From: Streptosporangiaceae bacterium | GTDB taxonomy: Bacteria > Actinomycetota > Actinomycetes > Streptosporangiales > Streptosporangiaceae | Assembly: GCA_965277615.1 (NCBI GenBank) | Contig: CBDIDG010000006.1 | Location: 1,578,332 to 1,642,331, forward strand | Direction of reading: 5' to 3' | DNA length: 64,000 nucleotides | Shown: positions 21,882-30,810 of the stretch, piece by piece | How the letters are laid out: each line of letters begins with the position of its first letter | Numbering within the stretch: position 1 is the stretch's first letter | Translations under genes and position numbers: made by a program | Notes under the pieces: generated by a model | The model's database searches: none | What the model was told of the DNA's origin: nothing | The model's input: only the letters and a program-made list of their open reading frames with translations

Positions 21882-22858
21882 ATGGGCCATGATGGGCCGG
21901 TGGACTTCGAGCCGTACCGGGGTGAGCTGGTGGCGTACTGCTACCGGATGCTGGGCTCGGTCCACGACGCCGAGGACCTGGCCCAGGAGACGATGCTGCG
22001 GGCCTGGCAGGCCCGCGACCGCTATGACCCGAGCCGGGCCTCGGTCCGCACCTGGCTGTACCGGATCGCGACCAACGCCTGCCTGTCCGCGCTGACGGGA
22101 CGGGCGCGGCGGCCGCTGCCGTCCGGGCTGGGCGCACCGAGCCGCGATCCCGCAGCACCGCTGACTCCGTCGTTCGACATCCCCTGGCTGCAGCCGTTCC
22201 CGGACGCGCGGTTCGACCCAGGGGTACGGACCGGGCTGCGGCTGGCGCTGGTGGCCGCGATGCAGGTGCTGCCGCCCCGGCAGCGTGCGGTGCTGGTGCT
22301 GCGGGAGGTGCTGGAGTTCAGCGCGGCCGAGGTCGCCACCCAGCTCGGAACCACGGTCCCGGCGGTCAACAGCGCCCTGCAGCGGGCCCGGGCCACGCTG
22401 GCCCAAACCAGGCTGGCACAGACCGGTGGCCTGGAGGAGGTGGCCGAACCGGGCGATCCCGAGGCAAGAGCGGTGATCGAGCGCTACGTCCAGGCGTTCG
22501 AGGCGGCCGATGTCCCGGGGCTGGTCCGGCTGCTGGCCGACGAGGCGGTGCTGGAGATGCCGCCGGTGCCGCTGTGGTACCGGGGCCGCGGCGATTACGG
22601 CCGGTTCATGGACCGCGTGTTCAGCCTGCGCGGGCCGGGCCGGGCTGGGCCCTGCGGCCCCTCACCGCCAACGGCGGGCCCGCGCTGGCCGCGTACGCGC
22701 CGGAACCCGGGGGCGGGCACCGGCGGCACACCCTGCAGGTCTTCACCGTGGCCGGCGGACTGGTCACCAGCAACGTGGTGTTCGCTGACCCAGAGGTCTT
22801 CGAGCTGTTCCAGCTGCCGGAACAGATTTTTCCTGGAGAGCTGCGCCCAGTGCGATGA
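21882..22858 (+). pseudogene. ECF41/SigG-like sigma factor with SnoaL-like C-terminal extension, frameshifted
   Basis: [23 protein letters not shown] and [31 protein letters not shown] are in frame 1. The expected C-terminus [17 protein letters not shown]...[10 protein letters not shown] is in the -1 frame (ORF 22574..22858). Confidence 0.8.
22632..22651. repeat. tandem pentanucleotide GGGCC GGGCC GGGCT GGGCC at the frameshift point
   Basis: Read directly. Deleting one unit restores ...[17 protein letters not shown]... Confidence 0.9.
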
Positions 22859-22914
22859 GTCCGGGCGGTGCCGCCAGTACGTACCGGCGAGCATCGACCG
22901 AAGGGAACACCATC

Positions 22915-23469
22915 GTGAGCGTCATCGTCATCGAGTTCATCACCCTGGACGGCATCGTGTCCGACCCGGACGGGTCCGGGGGCACCCCGGCCGGCGGCTG
23001 GGCCTTCCGGCACGGCCCCGAGGCGGTCGCCGGGGACAAGTTCCGCCTCGGGGCCGTGCTGGACGACGGGGTCATGCTGCTGGGCCGCAGGACCTGGGAG
23101 CTGTTCGCCAAGATCTGGCCCGGGCGCGACACCCCGTTCGCCCAGCGCATGAACGCCGTGCCCAAGCTGGTCGTCTCCCGCACCCTGACCGACGCCTCGG
23201 ACTGGGCCAACTCCCAGGTCGCGGCCGACCCCCTCGACGTAGTGCAGCGCGAGTCGCGCGACGTGATCATCACCGGCAGCCTGAGCGTCGTCCACCCGCT
23301 GATCGCCGCGGGCCTGATCGACGAGTACCGGCTGCTGACCTTCCCCACCATCCTCGGCACCGGGGAACGGCTGTTCCCGGCGGGCGGTCCGCCCGCACAC
23401 CTGGAGCTGCTGGCGGCCGACCAGTCCGGCGCCGCCGTCCTCGCGCGATACGGGACGGCAGCAGCGTGA
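22915..23469 (+). CDS. dihydrofolate reductase-family (RibD C-terminal domain) protein
   Basis: [12 protein letters not shown]...[15 protein letters not shown]...[13 protein letters not shown]...[25 protein letters not shown] at 22915. Confidence 0.8.
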   Translation: MSVIVIEFITLDGIVSDPDGSGGTPAGGWAFRHGPEAVAGDKFRLGAVLDDGVMLLGRRTWELFAKIWPGRDTPFAQRMNAVPKLVVSRTLTDASDWANSQVAADPLDVVQRESRDVIITGSLSVVHPLIAAGLIDEYRLLTFPTILGTGERLFPAGGPPAHLELLAADQSGAAVLARYGTAAA

Positions 23470-23472
23470 TGG

Positions 23473-25077
23473 TTAGTCAGCCTGGGCCTTCTGGGCGGCC
23501 AGGTGGTCCCAGTCGTGCAGGAAGATCTGCTGGAAGTACTGGGCGGCGTCCGGATGCTCGATGATCACGCCGGCGTCGCGGTTGTACAAGGTGCCGTCGG
23601 TGGACCAGTTCTGGCTGCTGACCAGTACCCGCTGGCCGTCGGCGATGATGCCTTTGTTGTGCACGTTGTTCTGGATCTTGACGTTGTGCACGACGTCGAG
23701 GCCGAGGGCCTGCAGCTGCTCCAGGTAGCCGGCCTTCTCGAACTCGCTCATGATGATCTTCACGTCGACGCCGGCCGCCTGCCGGGCGATGACGGCCTGC
23801 ACCAGGTCGACGAAACCCTGGGAGGTCGCATCGGTCTGCCGGGGCAGCTCGATGTACTGGAACTGCAGGTAGAGCGTCTGGGTGGCCGAGGCGATCAGGT
23901 CCTTGACCGCGGTGGTGTAGACGCCGGGGTCCGGGGTCAGCACCGGGGTGATCCGCATCGTGCCGGTCACCGTCCGGGGCGGGAAGAACGTGGCGAACGC
24001 GGGGGTCTCGGTGCTGCCGAGCGAGGGCGGCGTCAGCGGCGGGCCGGCCTGCTCGGCCGGCCCGTTGTGCGCGGCGGCCACGGCCAGGTCGTGCTTGATG
24101 TAGTCCTCGAACACCCCGGCGAGATGGGCCTGATCGATGATCACGTGCCAGTCCCGGTCGCGGTGCCGGGCCTCGCTGGCGTCAGCGGCGCTGGCCGGGC
24201 TGGCCGCCGGGTCGATGTCGGGCTGGTTGGAGTTGTTCCAGTTGCCGCTGGACAGCCAGGTCGCGGCGCGGTCCCGCACCGCGACCTTGATGTGGTAGGC
24301 GCTCGGGTAGATCCAGGCCGTAGCGTCCTTGTCGGTCCGGGTCAGCGCCCAGGCCTGGGTGAACTCAGACGTCAGGGCCTGGTGAAGCGTGGCCACCGTG
24401 TCCGGGTCGGTCTGGTCCGCGGTCGGGTTCTTGGCCGGGTGGTCAAGCACCAGGCTGAACGGCTTGCCGTTCAGGTCGCCCTGCACGGCGCTCAGGACGT
24501 GGGCCGAAGTGAAGTCATACAGGCCCACCGTGAACGTCTCCGTGGTCGCGGCCAGGAAGTCCTTGAGCGCGGGCCAGCCCGAGTCCGGGCTGGCGCACAG
24601 GTGGACAGTGGCCTCCCCCTCCACCGGGTTCAGCGTCACGCCAGCCGGGCCGCTGTAGTCCAGCTGCGGTTTGGAGATGGCCGCCGCCAGCGCGGCGTGG
24701 GCCGACGCCAGCGCGGCCGGGCGCAGGCCGGGATGCGGGCCGCCCAGCGTCTGCTCGTCCGCGAAGTGCGGTACCGAGCCCTGATCCGGGGCCAGCCGGT
24801 ACTCCTGGGCGTATCCTTGCGGGTCCTCCAGTTCCTTGCGCTTTTCCGGCGACGCCTGCCGGACGTCGGTCGGCACCCCGGCCACCTCGGCCGGCACCTG
24901 GTCGGCCGCCGGCAGCTGCGATTTCTTCTGCGCCACGGTGACGACGATGGCGGGAGCCGAGGTCAGCCAGTCGTTGGTCACCTTGTAGCCCGGCCGCACG
25001 GACAGGACGCCCGGCTTGCTGAGCTCGGCCAGATGCTGGCTGATGACGTTGTTCAGTCCGGACAGGTCCTCAGGCAT
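23473..25077 (-). CDS. phospholipase D-superfamily protein with two HKD motifs and an unassigned ~150-aa N-terminal region
   Basis: [24 protein letters not shown] and [27 protein letters not shown] at 25077 preceded by GGGGAGGG (longer ORF runs to 25104). Confidence 0.8.
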   Translation of the reverse strand: MPEDLSGLNNVISQHLAELSKPGVLSVRPGYKVTNDWLTSAPAIVVTVAQKKSQLPAADQVPAEVAGVPTDVRQASPEKRKELEDPQGYAQEYRLAPDQGSVPHFADEQTLGGPHPGLRPAALASAHAALAAAISKPQLDYSGPAGVTLNPVEGEATVHLCASPDSGWPALKDFLAATTETFTVGLYDFTSAHVLSAVQGDLNGKPFSLVLDHPAKNPTADQTDPDTVATLHQALTSEFTQAWALTRTDKDATAWIYPSAYHIKVAVRDRAATWLSSGNWNNSNQPDIDPAASPASAADASEARHRDRDWHVIIDQAHLAGVFEDYIKHDLAVAAAHNGPAEQAGPPLTPPSLGSTETPAFATFFPPRTVTGTMRITPVLTPDPGVYTTAVKDLIASATQTLYLQFQYIELPRQTDATSQGFVDLVQAVIARQAAGVDVKIIMSEFEKAGYLEQLQALGLDVVHNVKIQNNVHNKGIIADGQRVLVSSQNWSTDGTLYNRDAGVIIEHPDAAQYFQQIFLHDWDHLAAQKAQAD

Positions 25078-25160
25078 GGCACCCTCCCCTAGTCGCGCTC
25101 TCATCCAACCGGAGACGCGGCGCCCCGTCCTGATACTCCGGTTAGCCGGGCAGTGAACAG

Positions 25161-25349
25161 TCAGCCCGGCGTGTCGCGGCGGAGGCCCTCGGCGGCGTAT
25201 TCCGCGAGCAGGTCGCTGACTGACAACCCGCGGTGGACGGCCTGGGCGGCCAGGGCCTCGGCCAGGTCGATGGGGAAGACAACGGTGCGGTGCACGCAGT
25301 CGTCACCCTCCCAGGCTTCGCCGGCCGGTTCATCCGCGGACTCAGACAT
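25161..25349 (-). CDS. ribbon-helix-helix (CopG/antitoxin-like) small protein
   Basis: 62 aa. RTVVFPIDLAEALAAQAVHRGLSVSDLLAEYAAEGL. GGAAAGGAG RBS. The start overlaps the upstream stop as ATGTCTGA. Confidence 0.7.
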   Translation of the reverse strand: MSESADEPAGEAWEGDDCVHRTVVFPIDLAEALAAQAVHRGLSVSDLLAEYAAEGLRRDTPG

Positions 25350-26652
25350 GCTCGCTCCTTTCCACCGCGCTGGCCGCCGGACGGTCCGCCGTACCGGCCG
25401 ACGTTGGCGCGGGCAGTGGCACGTACCGGCGCAGGACCCGGTCGCTGAGCAGGCCGAGGCAGCTGAGGTTGGGGAAGCCCGGGCCCTGCGCCAGCCCGGC
25501 CAGCATGGGCAGGTGCAGCGCCGGGGTGAGCCCCGCCACCGACAGGTCCACGTCGATCAGCTTTTCCAGCAGCTCGCCGCCCCGCGGTCCACCGCTCGCC
25601 GCGGCGAGCCGGGCCCGCGCCTCCGGGCCGAGCAGGGACTCGAACCAGCGGGATTCGAAGCCGATGGCCACCACCACGAAGTCGTAGGCCACCTTCTCCC
25701 GCTCGGGGCCGTACTCGGTGGTGAGGACAACCTGATGGTCGCTGGCCTCGATGGCCACGGCCCGGCCCGCCAGCGTGCGGAACCGCCGTGATGCGTTGAG
25801 CACGGCCTCGGCCTGCGCGGAGAACACGCCACGGTCGGTGCGTTCGAGGAACTCGCGCCGGTGCCGCTCGGCCAGGGCGGGCCAGTCCCGCGGGTCGGAG
25901 TAGAACCGGTTCTCGGCGTAGCTCTCGCCCCGCGAGTAGAGCACGCCGCGGCTGGTCACCACGTCGACCGTGGACCACTTGTGGGCCCGGCGCAGCAGGT
26001 CGATGACCACCGAGGCCGCAGTCTCCCCGCTGCCGATGACGCAGATGCTCTGGGCCAGGTGCGGGCCGGGGCGTGGTGTGTGCTGCCAGTAACTGCGGCC
26101 GGTGGTCACCCGCGGATGCGCCACCGGCTGCCCGGGCACCTGGATCGGTGGCCCGGTCCCGGTGAACACCACGCCGTCGGCCCACAGCGCGGACCCACCG
26201 GACAGGTCGAGCCGCCACCGGTCCCCCACCGTCTCCAGACCCTCAAGCTGCGCCGTGACCACCTCGGCTCCCGCTTTGGCGGCGGCGTCGCGCAGGTAGA
26301 AGCTCCACTGCCGGTGGGTGGGACGGAGCCGGCCGCGATCGACCCAGTCGGCGTAGTCGCCCCGCTCGATCAGGTACCGCTGAAAGCCAAAACCGGCCAT
26401 CGCCGCGGTGACCGCGGCCGAGGCATCACCCCAGCTGTCCGGGTAGGGGAAACCGATGTCCTTCTCCGGTGGCGTGCCCAGCGGCAGCGAGCCGGAGGTG
26501 TAGCCCTGCCGGCCGGTCCAGTTCCCGGCCACCGGCCCGGGGTCGATGAGCACCACCCGGGGCGCGTCCAGGCCGGCCGCGGCCAGGGCCCGCGCCTTGA
26601 CGGCGATGGCGATGCCCTTCGGGCCCGCGCCTGCGACGGCCAACGTCGGCAT
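25342..26652 (-). CDS. FAD/NAD(P)-binding two-dinucleotide-domain flavoprotein (N-hydroxylase/monooxygenase-like)
   Basis: MPTLAVAGAGPKGIAIA (GxGxxG at the N-terminus), second VIGSGETAASVVIDLL, and late VVVAIGFES. Confidence 0.7.
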   Translation of the reverse strand: MPTLAVAGAGPKGIAIAVKARALAAAGLDAPRVVLIDPGPVAGNWTGRQGYTSGSLPLGTPPEKDIGFPYPDSWGDASAAVTAAMAGFGFQRYLIERGDYADWVDRGRLRPTHRQWSFYLRDAAAKAGAEVVTAQLEGLETVGDRWRLDLSGGSALWADGVVFTGTGPPIQVPGQPVAHPRVTTGRSYWQHTPRPGPHLAQSICVIGSGETAASVVIDLLRRAHKWSTVDVVTSRGVLYSRGESYAENRFYSDPRDWPALAERHRREFLERTDRGVFSAQAEAVLNASRRFRTLAGRAVAIEASDHQVVLTTEYGPEREKVAYDFVVVAIGFESRWFESLLGPEARARLAAASGGPRGGELLEKLIDVDLSVAGLTPALHLPMLAGLAQGPGFPNLSCLGLLSDRVLRRYVPLPAPTSAGTADRPAASAVERSEHV

Positions 26653-27062
26653 ACCCGCGAGGATAACCTCCGCCCGCCCGCGGCGACGGTTTCGTAGGCG
26701 TCCTGGCAGAGTTCGGCGATCTCGGCCCAGTCGGGCTCGCCGTCGAGGTGGACCCCGATCCAGCCGCGGCCGCCGACGTACGGGGGGCGGAAGATCCGGT
26801 CCGGCTCGGCCGCGATCAGCTCGGCCTGGGCGCCGGGCGGGGCGGCGCACCACAGGTGCGGGAACTGGTTCTGGTGGTGACCCTGGGCCCACAGGGTGAC
26901 GAACGATTTCTTGTCCCGTACGTACCAGGTCGGCGCGCTGTGGCTGGGCCGCTCGGTGACCTCGGGCAGGGCCAGGCAGATGCCCCGCAGCCGCTCGGCC
27001 AGCTCGCCGGGCCGCTCATCCGCCAGCTCGCCTGGCCGTTCCCCGGGCTGATCTGTGGTCAT
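26370..27062 (-). CDS. MmcQ/YjbR-family protein with an anomalous C-terminal read-through
   Basis: LPEVTERPSHSAPTWYVRDKKSFVTLW...PPYVGGRGWIGVHLDG...CQDAYETVA. Similarity ends near 26680, but no stop occurs until 26370. Confidence 0.6.
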   Translation of the reverse strand: MTTDQPGERPGELADERPGELAERLRGICLALPEVTERPSHSAPTWYVRDKKSFVTLWAQGHHQNQFPHLWCAAPPGAQAELIAAEPDRIFRPPYVGGRGWIGVHLDGEPDWAEIAELCQDAYETVAAGGRRLSSRVCRRWPSQARARRASPSPSRRGPWPRPAWTRPGWCSSTPGRWPGTGPAGRATPPARCRWARHRRRTSVSPTRTAGVMPRPRSPRRWPVLAFSGT

Positions 27063-27078
27063 GCCGCACCCTCCGCCG

Positions 27079-27480
27079 TTATTCGGCGGTCTGGGCGTCC
27101 TCCAGGCTGCCGTACACCGGAATGTACTGGTCGGCGCCGGTGAGTTCCAGGATGCGGGCCACCACCGGCTGCGGGGCGACCAGGGCCATCGTGCCGCCGC
27201 GGACGTTCAGCACGGTACGCACGCTGAGCAGGACCTGCATGCCGGTGGAGTCCATGAAAGCCAGCCCGGACAGCTCCAGGATCATCCGCCGCGTCCCGCG
27301 GGACACCTCGGAGGTGAGCACGTCGCGGAGCTGCCGGCCGGTGTGCAGATCGCACTCCCCGGTCAGGGTGACCAGCGTGTACGCGGACCCAGCGGTCACC
27401 GAGATCGTGAGCTCGTCCACCCCACCCCTTCCAGGCAACGACAGGCGGGCAGGCGGCCGGCCAGCTAAGCGTCCCGCCAT
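27079..27480 (-). CDS. STAS-domain protein (anti-sigma-factor antagonist-like)
   Basis: LVTLTGECDLHTGRQLRDVL...ILELSGLAFMDSTGMQVLL...VVARILELTG. Start MAGRL at 27480 (ORF extends to 27555). Confidence 0.7.
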   Translation of the reverse strand: MAGRLAGRPPARLSLPGRGGVDELTISVTAGSAYTLVTLTGECDLHTGRQLRDVLTSEVSRGTRRMILELSGLAFMDSTGMQVLLSVRTVLNVRGGTMALVAPQPVVARILELTGADQYIPVYGSLEDAQTAE

Positions 27481-27551
27481 GTTAGGGCCTGCTGAACTCA
27501 CCGTCCAGGTTTTGACCGGCCCGTTTTGGTGGCCTTTGGGAGGCCGCCGCA

Positions 27552-28736
27552 TCACGCTCCCGGGAGGTTGACCAGGCCGGCCAGGGCGGCGCGGTGGTGG
27601 CTGGAAGTGCCGAAGCCGATCGAGTCGGCTTTAGCCCGCTTGAGGTACAGGTGGGCCGGGTGTTCCCAGGTGAAACCGATGCCGCCGTGCATCTGCACGC
27701 ACTCCTCGGCCGCGTGGACCGCGACGTCGCCGCAGTGCGCCTTGGCCAGTGCGACCGCGACCGGGGTGTCGTCGTTGCCCTCGGCCAGGCAGGCCGCGGC
27801 GTACCGGGCCGCGGCCCGGGCCTGGGTGATCTCCACCCACAGGTCGGCCAGCCGGTGCTTGAGGGCCTGGAACGAGCCCACCGGCCGGGCGAACTGGCGC
27901 CGCTCCTTCACGTAGGCCACGGTCAGCTCCAGGCACTTCTCGGCCACCCCGAGCTGCTCGGCGGCCAGCCCGGCCGCCCCGGCCAGCAGGGCGAGCTGGA
28001 ACGCGTCCTCGGCCCCGGAGCCGGACGCGATCAGCCGGGCTTCCACGTCGTCGAACTCCACGTCGCACAGCGGCCGGGTCATGTCGAGCGAACTGACGGG
28101 GGTCCGGCGCACGCCCTCGCTGCGGGTGCCGACCACGTACAGGGCGTGCGGCACGCCATCGGCCGGGACCAGCAGCAGGTCGGCGTCGAGCGCGTCGGCC
28201 ACCCCGCGGACCTCGCCGCGCAGCCGGGCGCCACCGTGGCCGTCGCCGGCCCGGGGCGCAGACAGCCGGGCCGTGCGCGGGAACTCGTCGCCGGGCGCGG
28301 TAGCGAACCCGACGGCCAGCGCGATGGTCACGTCGCCGCGGGCCAGCTCGGGCAGCAACTGGTGGTCACCGGCCTCCAGCAGGGCCATGGTGGCCACCAC
28401 CGCGCTGCCCAGGTACGGGACCGGGGCCACGGACCGGCCCAGCTCCTCGGCCACGGTGGCGGCCTCGCGGAACGTGGCCCCGGCGCCGTCGTCTTCCTCC
28501 GGCACCAGCAGCCCGGCGCAGCCCAGGTCGGCGGCCAGCGCGTGCCACAGCGCGGTGTCGCCGCCGGTCCCGCTACTGCCGTCGGCCCGGGGCAGCACGT
28601 CCTCGGGCTTGCACCGGCGGGCGAGCAGCGAGCGGACGCTGTCGCGCAGTTCGGTCTCGGTCTCGGTGTAGAGCAGGTCCGGCGTACGGTCGGCGGCAGC
28701 CTGCTCCGCCCCTTCCAGGTCAGCAGTGGTGGTCAT
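27552..28736 (-). CDS. acyl-CoA dehydrogenase family protein (subunit-like partner)
   Basis: C-terminal VQMHGGIGFTWEHPAHLYLKRA. Overlaps the upstream ACAD gene by 4 nt. Confidence 0.85.
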   Translation of the reverse strand: MTTTADLEGAEQAAADRTPDLLYTETETELRDSVRSLLARRCKPEDVLPRADGSSGTGGDTALWHALAADLGCAGLLVPEEDDGAGATFREAATVAEELGRSVAPVPYLGSAVVATMALLEAGDHQLLPELARGDVTIALAVGFATAPGDEFPRTARLSAPRAGDGHGGARLRGEVRGVADALDADLLLVPADGVPHALYVVGTRSEGVRRTPVSSLDMTRPLCDVEFDDVEARLIASGSGAEDAFQLALLAGAAGLAAEQLGVAEKCLELTVAYVKERRQFARPVGSFQALKHRLADLWVEITQARAAARYAAACLAEGNDDTPVAVALAKAHCGDVAVHAAEECVQMHGGIGFTWEHPAHLYLKRAKADSIGFGTSSHHRAALAGLVNLPGA

Positions 28737-29947
28737 CGGGGCAGGTCCTTCCAGGGAACGTCTTTGTCCACCCGCGGCTCGGACGGCAGGCCGAGGACGC
28801 GTTCAGCGATGATGTTGCGCAGCACCTCGGAGGTGCCGCCCTCGATCGAGTTGCCCTTGGCCCGCAGGTAGCGGAAGCCAGGATCGCGGCCCAGGAACTC
28901 GGCGTGCGCGGGACGCCGCATGGACCAGTCCCCGTAGCGAAGGCCGTCTGCGCCGGCCAGTTCCACGTCGAGACCGGAAATCTCCTGGTTGAGCCGGGCG
29001 AAGGTGACCTTGGCCGCCGACCCTTCCGGCCCGGGCTGGCCCGCGGCCAGCTGCTGGCGCAGCCGCAGGCTGGCCAGCCGGGCCACCTCGGTGTCGGCCC
29101 ACAGCCGCAGCAGCCGGTCGTGCAGCCCGGGGCTGCGCCGCTCCGGATGGTCCCGCCAGGCCCGGGTGACCAGGCCGATCATGCCGCCCTCGCGGGGCAT
29201 CCCGGCCCCGCCGATGGCCACGCGCTCGTTCATCAGCGTGCCCTGAGCGACCTTCCAGCCCTCCCCCACCTGGGCGATCCGGTGGGAGTCGGGGATCCGC
29301 ACGTCGGTCAGGAAGACCTCGTTGAACTCGGCTTCGCCGGTCAGCTGCCGTAGCGGCCGGACGTCCACCCCGGGATCGGTCATGTCGCAGACGAAGTAGG
29401 ACAGCCCCTGGTGCTTGGGCACGTCCGGATCAGTGCGGGCGACCAGGATGGCCCACCGGGCCTGGTGGGCCAGGGACGTCCACACCTTCTGCCCGTTGAC
29501 GATCCAATCGCCCTCGTCGTTACGTTCGGCCCGGGTGGCCAGCGAGGCCAGGTCGCTGCCCGCGCCGGGCTCGCTGAACAGCTGGCACCAGATCTCCTCT
29601 CCGGTCCACAGCGGGCGCAGCCAGCGTTCCTGCTGTTCGGCGGTGCCGAAGGCCAGGATGGTCGGGGCAGCCATGCCCAGCCCGATGACCTGAATGCCCG
29701 GGTCGTTGGTCGGCGCGCCGGCCGCGGCGAACGCCTGGTCGGTCACGGTCTGCAGGGCCCGCGGCGCGCCCAGGCCACCGCGGCCCTCCGGGTAGTGCAC
29801 CCAGGCCAGCCCGGCGTCGTAGCGAGCCCGCAGGAAGTCGAGCCGGGGCGTGGTGGCTGGGTCGTGCGCGGCCAGGAAGTCCTTGACCTTGGCCCGGATG
29901 TCGTCGGGGGTCAGCGCGGTGTTGCCCAGCGCGGGGTTGTTCAGCAC
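28733..29947 (-). CDS. acyl-CoA dehydrogenase family protein
   Basis: WCQLFSEPGAGSDLASL...GQKVWTSLA...GGTSEVLRNIIAERVLGLP. Confidence 0.85.
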   Translation of the reverse strand: MLNNPALGNTALTPDDIRAKVKDFLAAHDPATTPRLDFLRARYDAGLAWVHYPEGRGGLGAPRALQTVTDQAFAAAGAPTNDPGIQVIGLGMAAPTILAFGTAEQQERWLRPLWTGEEIWCQLFSEPGAGSDLASLATRAERNDEGDWIVNGQKVWTSLAHQARWAILVARTDPDVPKHQGLSYFVCDMTDPGVDVRPLRQLTGEAEFNEVFLTDVRIPDSHRIAQVGEGWKVAQGTLMNERVAIGGAGMPREGGMIGLVTRAWRDHPERRSPGLHDRLLRLWADTEVARLASLRLRQQLAAGQPGPEGSAAKVTFARLNQEISGLDVELAGADGLRYGDWSMRRPAHAEFLGRDPGFRYLRAKGNSIEGGTSEVLRNIIAERVLGLPSEPRVDKDVPWKDLPR

Positions 29948-30702
29948 AACGGACCGCCCGCCACGTAGATGACCTGGCCGGAAACGAACCCGGCACCCTC
30001 ACTGACCAGGAACGAGACGGTGTGCGCGACGTCCTCGGGCACGCCGACGCGGCGTACCGGGATGCCGGCCGCGGCCGCGTTCTTGAAGTCGTCGAAGTCC
30101 ATGCCGACCCGGGCCGCAGTGGACGCGGTCATGTCGGTGGCGATGAACCCGGGCGCGACCGCGTTGGCGGTGATGCCGAACTGGCCCAGCTCCTTGGCCA
30201 GGGTCTTGGTGAAGCCCTGCAGCCCGGCCTTGGCCGCGGAGTAGTTGACCTGGCCCCGGTTGCCCAGCGCGGAGCTGGACGAGGTGTTCACGATCCGCCC
30301 GTACTTGGCCGCGACCATGTGCTTCTGGGTCGCGCGGGTCATCAGGAAGCTGCCGCGCAGGTGCACGTCGATCACGGTGTCCCAGTCGTCGTCGGACATC
30401 TTGAACAGCAGGTTGTCCCGCAGCAGGCCGGCGTTGTTGACCAGGACGGTGGGGGCACCCAGCTCGTCGGCCACCCGGCTGACGGCCGCCTCGACCTGGT
30501 CGGTCTTGCTCACGTCGGCGCCGACCCCGAGAGCGCGGCCGCCCGCGTCGGTGATCTCCTTGACCGTGCCCAGGCAGGCCTGCTCATCCAGGTCCAGCAC
30601 GGCGACGGCCATGCCGTCGGCGGCCAGGCGGCGGGCGACTCCCGCGCCGATGCCGCGCCCCGCTCCGGTCACGATGGCAATTCGCTGTGTCTCCTGCGAC
30701 AT
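29941..30702 (-). CDS. SDR-family 3-oxoacyl reductase (FabG-like)
   Basis: IAIVTGAGRGIGAG, NNAG, YSAAKAG. Confidence 0.85.
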   Translation of the reverse strand: MSQETQRIAIVTGAGRGIGAGVARRLAADGMAVAVLDLDEQACLGTVKEITDAGGRALGVGADVSKTDQVEAAVSRVADELGAPTVLVNNAGLLRDNLLFKMSDDDWDTVIDVHLRGSFLMTRATQKHMVAAKYGRIVNTSSSSALGNRGQVNYSAAKAGLQGFTKTLAKELGQFGITANAVAPGFIATDMTASTAARVGMDFDDFKNAAAAGIPVRRVGVPEDVAHTVSFLVSEGAGFVSGQVIYVAGGPLC

Positions 30703-30810
30703 CCGCGTCCCTCTCCGATCCGGGTGGTACCCGCTGACTGGCGCTCATCTACTGGGCTCGTCTAGTGGGCTTATCTACTGGTCAGTATCTAACGACCGAA
30801 CCTGATTCTG

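Noticed and set aside
22620-22651. Programmed -1 ribosomal frameshift in the sigma gene
   Set aside because: There is no X XXY YYZ slippery heptamer and no obvious downstream structure. A one-unit change of the pentanucleotide repeat explains the frame break exactly.
20964-23564. 866-aa ORF spanning antisense of the K+ channel gene, the sigma gene and the reductase-like gene
   Set aside because: Only the 21882..~22640 part has protein-like sequence. The rest is Arg/Pro/Ser-rich read-through, typical of stop-poor frames in GC-rich DNA and created here by the frameshift.
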